DNA of 19,546 nt, from contig RQSC01000034.1 in the NCBI GenBank assembly GCA_013416795.1, positions 32,274 to 51,819 of the forward strand, read 5' to 3'. The DNA is from Prasinococcaceae sp. CCMP 1430. Its lineage: Eukaryota; Plantae; Prasinodermophyta. Position numbers and translations under genes: made by a program. The notes beneath the pieces were generated by a model that saw only the letters and a list, made by a program, of their open reading frames with translations, searched no databases and was not told the DNA's origin. Of this stretch, positions 8,046 to 15,894 are shown piece by piece (the first letter of the stretch is position 1; every line of letters starts with the position of its first letter).

Positions 8046-10173
8046 ATGCCGAAGGCGCGGGGCGGGGCGTTTGGCGTGCGCGCGTTCGGCGCGCCCCGCG
8101 CGAGCTCGGACGGGGCGGTGCCGCAGAAACATGGACAGGCAACGAAACACTACGCCGTCGTCTGGCGCAAAGCGCCGCCTCCCTCCGGCGTGCAGGCTGC
8201 AAGGCGCGCAGCGAGGCGCGCGACGTTGTGTGCTGCAGCCGCCTTTGCGTTCGTGATGGTGACGTCGTCAGCAGGGTGGTGGTTCTTCGCGCATCCTAGG
8301 GACCATCAACAGCCTGACATTAGTGCGCAGCAGGCATTGCGGCGGCAGCGGCGACAGAGCGCGTGCGTCTCGAAGGCCAGCGGTGGCCGGGTCGCTGCAC
8401 TCGCTGCAACAGCAGCAGCAGCTGTGGCGGGGTACGACGGGGAGATTGACGATGGTGTGGAGGATTCCTCCGTGTCACCAGATGCGGTCGAGTACGCGCG
8501 GCTTCTCGCTGCCGAGGATTTGCAGCTAGATGCATGCGCAGTCCCGGCGTCGTCGTTGTCTCTCTGGAGCAAACTGCCGCCTGCGCCTGACGCACCATCC
8601 ACCGAGCGATTCGTCGGGAGTTCCTTGCTGCCGGGTTCGAAGACAAGAGCCACCCCAATCACTGCGTATGAGATGCGTGATGTGTGTCTCACAACGATCG
8701 ACAATGGGCCATACACGCGAGACCATCCACGCGACCCGGGCGAGGACGCCCAGCGCGTCGTTGTCGAGCTGACAGGGGACATCACCGAGGGACCCGCTGT
8801 ACCGACCTACGCGAATTATGCTAAGCGTTGCGTGACCTGCTATAATCCAATTGGTGGCGACGGATGGGCATGGGATGCTGCATCGGACTTTGACGGAGAC
8901 CATCTGCGCCCACTGCCGGCGAAATGGAGGCACGATGGGGGAAGGCTCAGCGTGGAAGGACACGCAGCGGGCAAGCGCTGTGGAATGATGTGGACAGCAC
9001 ACGCGACTGCTGCAAATCTAACAGACTACGCCAAATGCGTTCAGCACAACGAAAGAGAGCTCCATGATCGTGCTCAGCACCCTCGCGTACCGCCCCAGGG
9101 ATTCGACGCAGCCGTGTACGTTCGCAATACGACCGTGTCCCTTGCGTGGTATACTGGAAACGTGGGCCATCAATTTTTCGACAGCTTCCTTCCGCTCGTG
9201 TCGCTCCTGAATTCCTCCACCTCTGTGCGTGCTGCTGTAGCCTTGCAGGGCCATGGCGACTGTCCCGAGGACGACGTCTACATCTGCTACTTGCTTCAAG
9301 CGCTCGGTCTGCTGCCGCCCGTCACAGATGGTGCACGACACAGCCCGCACGCCATGACACTGATTCCTGCGCCACCGCCTGGCACTATATTGTGCTTCGA
9401 GCGGCTCATCCTCCCAAAGCATCGTTCGCACACTCGCACAGCCGTCCCTGTGCACGCCCCGAGCGTGCGCGCCGTGCGCTCAGCGCTCACGCAACACATC
9501 TTACCAAGCATTGCTTCCGCAAAGGACGAACGCGGACCCAAGACTGTCCTCCTCTACTCACACGCAGCCTCATCTCGCAGGGTGTGGATTGACGCCGGTG
9601 TGGCTGCGGACAGTGCTCGTGCAATGGGGTTCGATGTGCGCGTGGAGCACGACTTCGGCAGGCTCAGCTTCTCCGAGCAGGCAAGGGCTTTCATGTGGGC
9701 AGACGTGGTCGTCACGGCCCATGGGGCGCCCAGCGCCCACGCGATCTACATGCGCGAGGGCGCCCTGCTGGCAGAGCTAAGGTACGCATGCACGTCCTTG
9801 AGTCAGTGGCGGTGGCGGTGCTCTAGCGAATACGAATGCTTGGCGCGAATTGCTGACACGTAGACGCATGTTGTGTTCACGCCTCCGCCCCAGCTGCGAT
9901 GGGTATACAGTGGTAGGGTGCGGCACGAAAAGCGTGCCATCTCCCGCCGGCCCCGGCATCCTCGCAGCACTCGATGTTGATTTCAGACTCGTGTCGAGAT
10001 GTGACGTGGGCGCCTCTGTCGACGCTTTGTGCGTGACGTGCGAGCCCCCCCCGGGCACGGAGCTGACGTACGCCAACTTCACCTTCAGCGGTGATCGCCT
10101 TGACGCACTGCTCAGACCGATGCTACGCGAACGGCGGCCACGGCAGCGGCCACGGTGGCAGCTGGGATGGTAG
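8046..10173 (+). CDS. Type II membrane glycosyltransferase, GT61/DUF563-like, 671 aa, 2 exons
   Basis: Exons 8046-9781 and 9894-10173 (intron GTACGC..CAG, 112 nt). N-terminal TM TLCAAAAFAFVMVTSSAGWWFF; NVGHQFFDSFLPL; LCFERLILP; SFSEQARAFMWADVVVTAHGA...YMREGALLAEL, matching the GT61 C-terminal signature (sfxEQvxlfxxAdvlvgxHGA..nxxFMxpGavviEi). Confidence 0.8.
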
Positions 10174-10199
10174 CAACAATCGTAGACGATTTTTCTGTA

Positions 10200-12347
10200 T
10201 TACGCGGCAGCAAGCACGCTCTCGACGCACGCGCGCAGGTCGGCGTGCACGCGCACGGGCAGCGCCTCGACAGGCAGCCCAAGTGGCACAGCGGCGTCCG
10301 CCGTGCACGGGAGCTCCATCCCCACCGCGCGCGCCGCTTCCCCGGCGGCCCTACCGTAGCCCGTCGTCACCAAATGCCCCGCAACGCCCGCATGCCTAGC
10401 AGCCAGCATGTCCGTATGTGTATCGCCCACGTACACGGCGCGTGAGCGCGGTATGGCGAACTGCGTGATCGCCTCCTCGAGCATGCGCGGCGACGGCTTG
10501 CGCCGCGACGTGGCCGACGCGGCCGTCTCCGTGGAGAAGATCACCTCGTCGATGTGGGCGCCGCTGGCCTCGTGCAGCAGCTCTCTGAGGCGGTCATGGA
10601 TCTCCTCCAGCTCACGTTCTGAGAGCAGCCCCTTGCCGACGCACGACTGGTTTGTGACGACGCACACTGCCCAGCCGGCATCATTGGCAAGCTTGAGGGC
10701 TTGTGCGGCTCCAGGGATCAGCTGAAGGTCGCCCGCGCGCACGACTCCGGGCGAACCCACATCGCGGTTGATTGTGCCTGCATGTGCGCGCGCGCGCGTG
10801 CCGTGCGCGCGCGTGATGTACGCGCGCGCGCGCGTTCGGCGAGCGAGAGGCACAAGGCGACAAGCGCGACAGTTAGCACGCTGATCCACACCTGGCTCTC
10901 GCATCGCGCGCATCCCAGCGCCTGCCGCGCCCGTACGCGCACGTGCGCACCGTCGCGGTCGACCATCAACAATCCCGCGGGCGCAGGAAGCACCTCGCGC
11001 GTTCCTTCGGCGCTCGCGTCCAGGGCGGCATTCACTGCTCGCAACGCTTCCGTATGTACCGCACCGTTGGATACGCACACCCCACCCCTCGCCGGGTACA
11101 TCTCGCGGCCGACTAGAAGTCCCTCAGACAATGCGTCGTCGGCGCAAGAGCCCACGAGCTGCGGCGCGAGCCTGTCCTCCTCGGCGAAGCCCGTCACCCT
11201 TCCCCCCGCGGCCTCGACGCAAGCTACGCCGGCGGCGTGATCCCAAGTCTTTAGCTTGCTCGCCCAGCCCACCGGGTGCTGGAAGAAGGCGTCTGCGGCG
11301 CCCATCGCCACGAGCGCGTATTTGCACAGGCTGCCGCAGCACTGCCGACGCAGGAGCGGCAGCGCGCCGCCAGGCAGCGCCCACGTCGGTGTTTCGTGGT
11401 CGCTGATGGCCACCACGCCGTCAGCGAGCACCTTGGTGCTCGACACACACACGCGCCACGCGCCGCCGGTGGAATGCAGCGCGTGCGCCGTGCATCCGTG
11501 GCCACGCCTCGAGGCCAGCATCACGCCCATGGTGCCAACCGCGCCACCGGCGGAGGCGGCCGGGTCCAACGGCTCCCACGTGGAGGTCGGCTCAACTTCG
11601 AGGCCCGGCATGCCCATGTAGCCCAGCAGGGGCTCCCCTTCGCCGCCAATGAGCGCAAGGCCGATGACGTACTGCGCGCCGCAGCCGCGAAGGAAGCCCG
11701 CCGTCCCGTCGATGGGGTCGAGGATCCAGCGCGCGCCTTCGACCGGCTTCCCGCGCTCGGTCGGCGCACCGAGGTCAATGGCATCGAGCGCGGCACTCAC
11801 CGAGAGCTCGGGCTCGCCGAGCTCGCGCAGCGCGGCATTTGCCTCCTCCGCGACGGCGCAGGCGAGCGCCTCGCTCGCCGGCAGCCTGAGCGTGTCGGCG
11901 CCCTCCTCTGCCACGAGCGACAACGCCGGGTGGGTGTCGCCGCTGCCGGTACACAGCGCCGCCGCGAGCACGGCTTGGCACGCAAAGTCCGCGACCGTCA
12001 CGGGCGTGCGGTCGCCTTTCTCCAGCACCCCCACGCTCTCCCTCGCGCGCGCGACCATGCGGCAGCACGCTCGCACGGCTGCTTCCGCGCGCTCGGCGAG
12101 CGCCTCCAGCCCGCCATCTCCGCCGCCAATCAGGCGCCCCACGCGGCCGTAGCCACGCGCCCCGCAGGGCACGAGGCTGCGCCCTCCGCCGCCGCCGCCA
12201 TCGCCAGCCGCGCCAGCCGCACCGCGTGCGCGCTGTGCCCCCTCGCACACCCCGACGCCGCTCACCGCTCGCTCGAACCGTTGTGGATGACGCTCCGCAA
12301 ACTCCGCCCAGTCTGGCTGGAGCCCACACAGCGCCGGAGCACCCCAT
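10200..12347 (-). CDS. Fusion protein: SAL1/HAL2-type 3'(2'),5'-bisphosphate nucleotidase (IMPase superfamily) plus C-terminal GmhB/HisB-N-like HAD class IIIA phosphatase; start unresolved
   Basis: Exon ?-10951, intron 10950-10778 (GTGCGC..CAG, branch TGCTAAC), exon 10777-10200. IMPase motifs KGDRTPVTVADF, LVAEE, WILDPIDGT (DPIDGT at 11719-11702), GSLCKY, WDHAAG. HAD motifs LMVDRDG|TIN, VVTNQS, RRKPSPRM, YVGDTHTD. Confidence 0.87.
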
Positions 12348-12653
12348 CAATCAAACAAGGCCTTCTTCGGGTTCCTCCGATGATGAGACCCGGGTCTGCC
12401 GCTCCCTCATCCGGCTCGAGCTCGATCTCTCCGCCATTCGACCCCCGCACTCACCCGTGGCCTTTGGTTCGTTCGGGGCTGGCCGGCCGGGCCCGCCGAG
12501 CTTTGCCTCTGCCGCGCCTCCAATCCACAGGAGCGTGCGACGGATGCGCTGGTCGGTCGGCGCCGCGCCGCGGTCGCATCGCGGCCCGACCCACGGGCCC
12601 AGCAGCAGGGGACGGAGACCGCCGACCCTCCCTCCTTCGCCTTCGTCGGCGCC

Positions 12654-12746
12654 TCGCCTCTCGCCTCTCACCTCCTCTCGCCTCTCGCCTCTCACCTCCT
12701 CCCGCCTCCCGCCTCCTCTCGCCTCCCGCCTCTCGCCTCTCGCCTC
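12654..12746. repeat. Heptamer tandem array (YCRCCTC)n, about 12 units with CTC spacers, in the SAL1-HAD/MRG divergent region
   Basis: TCGCCTC TCGCCTC TCACCTC CTC twice, then CCGCCTC CCGCCTC CTC TCGCCTC CCGCCTC TCGCCTC TCGCCTC. Confidence 0.9.
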
Positions 12747-12983
12747 CGGCGGGGCGGCGTGAATTCGAACGGAATTGGAGCCGATCGATTCGACGCCCGG
12801 CGGCGCGCCGGCGGAGCGCGCGCGCGGCACAGGGGGGGCGGCGAGCGAGCGCCCGTGCGACGCTCGCGCGGCCGAGTCCTTTGCCCTTGTCTCGCCCCTT
12901 CCCCCCCACCCCGTCCGAGACCTCCGACCCACGGTGGCCCTCTCGCCCTCGCTGCTCTTCGTGTCTGCGCTCGTCGCGCGGCG

Positions 12984-14292
12984 ATGGCCGGCGGCGGCGC
13001 GCTCGCCGTCGAGGCCGGCGGCGGCGCGCAGCCGCCGTGCCGCTTTTCGCTCGGAGCGTCGGTGCTCGCGTTCCACGGGCCGGCCATCTACGAGGCAAAG
13101 GTGCGCGCCGCCTCGACGGCCGCGCGGGCGACGCGATTGCGGTCCGACGCCGCCACCAGCCGCCGCGCCGCCGCCGCAACTGTCGCTCGGCAGGCGTGCA
13201 CTGACGCCGCGGCGACCCGCCGCCGCCGCTGCCGCCAATGCCAACACCGCGCGCCAATCGCCCGCGCTCGCTCAGGTGATCGCTGCGCAGTACGGCCTGG
13301 ACGCGCCACCCGCCAAGAAGCGCGCCAAGAAGGAGAGCAAGAGCGGCGGCGCGTCCGCTGCGGCGGACAACGGGGCTGGGAACGGGGGCGGCAATCGCCG
13401 CTGGTTCGTCAAACTGCACTGGAAGGGCTGGTCGGCGCGTTGGGAGCAGTGGCAGCCGGAGGATCAAGTCCTCGAGGTGAATCCCGAGAACCGGAAGCTG
13501 CAGAAGCAGACTGAGAAGGGGCTTGTGAAAAAGGGTGTGATTGAGCAAGTGCTCGCAAAGAACGCGGAGGAGGTGAGGCGCAACGCGAGCTCAGTGGCGG
13601 CGGCATCAGCGCCGAGCGGTGGAGCGGCTGCGAGCTCGCCGGCGGCGAACAATAAGCGCAAGGCCGAGCCAACGCCCGCGAAGGGCGGCGATTCAAAGCA
13701 GGGGGGCACCGCCAAGGTCAAGTGCAGCAAGGGCGAAACGCCGGAGAAAGTCAACGCCGACCTGGAAGTCACGCTCGGGCAGCAGCTGAAGAAGCGCATG
13801 CTCGACGACTACAACCGGAGCAAGGGCACCCTGCTCCCGCTGCCGCGCCCCCACAGCGTCCGCGACGTGCTGCAGGCGTATGTGGACACCAAGGCAGCCT
13901 CGCGGAAGAGGGCAGAGGCGAGCGGGCAGCCCGATACGGTCGGCGAGCTGCAGGAGGGCCTGCTGTCCTACTTTGACGCGGCGCTGCCCAAGATCCTGCT
14001 CTACAACAGCGAGCGCGCGGAGCACGCGGCCGCGATTGATCGCGCGCGCGGTGGAGCGACCCCGTCGGACATCTACGGCGCTGAGCATCTCCTGCGGCTG
14101 TTGGTGAGGCTGCCGGACCTGCTCAAGTACTCGCAGGTCGAGGCGGCGGTCGCCGAGCTGCTCCAGGCGAGCGTGGCAGACCTGCTCAAATTTCTGCACA
14201 GCAACAAGGGCCTGGAGATGTTCGCGCCGGCGGACAAGGCACCTGGCAAGGACAAGGACAAGGGCGCTGCCGCTGCCGACGCCGCGGTGTAA
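12984..14292 (+). CDS. MRG1: MRG15/EAF3-family chromatin reader (chromo-barrel plus MRG domain), 377 aa, 2 exons
   Basis: Exons 12984-13100 and 13276-14292 (intron GTGCGC..CAG, 175 nt). VLAFHGPAIYEAK|V...LHWKGWSARWEQWQPEDQVL; MRG domain LKKRMLDDY, LLPLPRPHSVRDVL, SYFDAALPKILLY, PSDIYGAEHLLRLLVRLP. Confidence 0.93.
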
Positions 14293-14551
14293 GATGACGT
14301 GCGCATTCGCCATGCCGCGGCCGCCAACGCAGTGCGCCGTCGAGTGCAGCGAGGGCGGCGAGCGCGTGCGTGGTAGCGACGAGCGCTGTGGTCGCGTGAT
14401 GCTTTTTGGTGCGAGCGTGGGGAGCGAGGTCGCGCTACTCAACCAGAGACTCTGCGGGCGATGTGCTATCAAAATAGCTGAAAACGGGGTTGTCACGGCA
14501 TGGTGGCTGTGCCAGACAGCGCGCGCGAGCTGTACGGCGCAGTGGGGAGCC

Positions 14552-15826
14552 ATGGGCGACCACGGCGATCGCAGCGAACGTGATATGGGCGGCGGTGATG
14601 ACAGCCGCCGCGAGCATAAACGCAGCCGCAGGGACCGCGACCGCGACCGCGACCGCGACCGCGACCGCCACGATCGCAAGCACTCGCGCTCGCACAAGTC
14701 GTCGCACAAGTCTCATAGGCGCGAGCGTGACAGCGTCGACGCGAAACTTGCCGAGGCGCGCGCGTTTCTGGAGGCAGAAGGCGCGGAGCAGCCCGGCGGG
14801 AGCAGCGGCAGGCAAAGGGAGCGCGAGCGCGACTCGCGCGGCCACAAGCACAGCAAGCGCGACAGGGAGCACCGCTCGCGTGAGAAGAGGGAACGCAGGC
14901 ACGAGCGCAGTCGCAAGCCCGAGTCCGAACCAATTCCCGAAATTGACCTCGGACCGAGCGCTGGTGCACCTCCCGTTGGCGAGCCTGCAGCAGCTGACAG
15001 CTACTTTCAGCTCAACCTCGAGTTCTCCGTGTACCTTGTCGCGGTGCGCAAACCGCCAGCGTTCTTCACGGACCTATCAGCCGACAGCGCGCGTGGCGTG
15101 TTCGAGCGCGAATTTGTGCCGGCATACAACGCGGGCGAGCTGCCCGCATGCCTCTACCGCGGCTTCGACGAGGCCATGGGACGCGCCTCGAGGACGCCCG
15201 CGACTTGGCGCAAATGGGCAGAGGCGCGTGGTGGAGGGGGTGGCGCGACGGCGGGGACCTCGGGACGGCCACAGCCACAGCAGCAGCAGCCTGGGCAGCG
15301 CGTGGGGCCAATGGGACCTTCCCAGGCACGGCCGCACCTACCGTCCCAGCCTCAGGGCGAGGCAGGGGTGCCGATGACCGTCGCCGAGCGCTTCGACGTA
15401 GCGCACGAGCGTCGCGGTGCGGAGCGCGCAGCGCAGCGTCACGAGCGCTCAGCGTTCCGCCGAGAGCAGCGCGAAACTTTCGAAGAGCTCGTGCCCAGAG
15501 CCGACGCCGGCACGTTCGCGGCGCGGCAGGAAAAGGCCGCGGGCCGCCGTGAGGCGCGCGCTGCGGCGGAAGGTGATGCCCAGGGGTTGGATACAGCCGG
15601 CGTCGACGTCATGGGAGGCGCGCAGGACAGCTTTGCCGCGGCCATGGGCGCCCGCGCGCGGAAGGAGGGGCGACGCGCAGCACGCGAGGGCGCGAGGCGA
15701 GAACACGCGCAGGGCCTGCTCGCCGCGCACAGGGCGAAAGAGGAAGACACAATGGCCCAGATGCGCGCACTCGCGGCCGGTGCTGCTGCGCGCGGCATTG
15801 CGCCTCGCGCGCCGCCGCCGTCGTAA
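14552..15826 (+). CDS. RD/RS-rich nuclear protein with SCI1 (style cell-cycle inhibitor 1)-like domain, 424 aa, intronless
   Basis: Arg/Asp/His/Ser-rich N-terminus; DSYFQLNLEFSVYL...FFTDLSADSARGVFEREFVPAYNAGELPACLY resembles SCI1 DDYFxKNNEFxxWL...FxDLSSESARxxFxxFVxxWNxGxL; C-terminal charged helix with EELVPR and VMGG..DSF. Confidence 0.7.
   Translation: MGDHGDRSERDMGGGDDSRREHKRSRRDRDRDRDRDRDRHDRKHSRSHKSSHKSHRRERDSVDAKLAEARAFLEAEGAEQPGGSSGRQRERERDSRGHKHSKRDREHRSREKRERRHERSRKPESEPIPEIDLGPSAGAPPVGEPAAADSYFQLNLEFSVYLVAVRKPPAFFTDLSADSARGVFEREFVPAYNAGELPACLYRGFDEAMGRASRTPATWRKWAEARGGGGGATAGTSGRPQPQQQQPGQRVGPMGPSQARPHLPSQPQGEAGVPMTVAERFDVAHERRGAERAAQRHERSAFRREQRETFEELVPRADAGTFAARQEKAAGRREARAAAEGDAQGLDTAGVDVMGGAQDSFAAAMGARARKEGRRAAREGARREHAQGLLAAHRAKEEDTMAQMRALAAGAAARGIAPRAPPPS
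14633..14668 (+). repeat. (GACCGC)6 coding repeat encoding (DR)6
   Basis: Six perfect hexamers inside the SCI1-like CDS. Confidence 0.95.
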
Positions 15827-15894
15827 AGGGCAACATGTCAATGCTCAGGATTGGGGTTGTGTATTGCTACTCTCTCGAGTGTGCAGAATGCGGA

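Noticed and set aside
10200-11078. GmhB-like ORF as a bacterial contaminant or stand-alone gene
   Set aside because: It is interrupted by a spliceosomal intron and its motif I lies in the upstream eukaryotic exon.
11276-13548. Long ORFs 11276-13204 (+, 642 aa), 12451-13548 (-) and 12351-13247 (-)
   Set aside because: Arg/Ala/Pro-rich shadow frames of real genes and of the heptamer repeat; stops are rare at this GC content and no motifs are recognisable.
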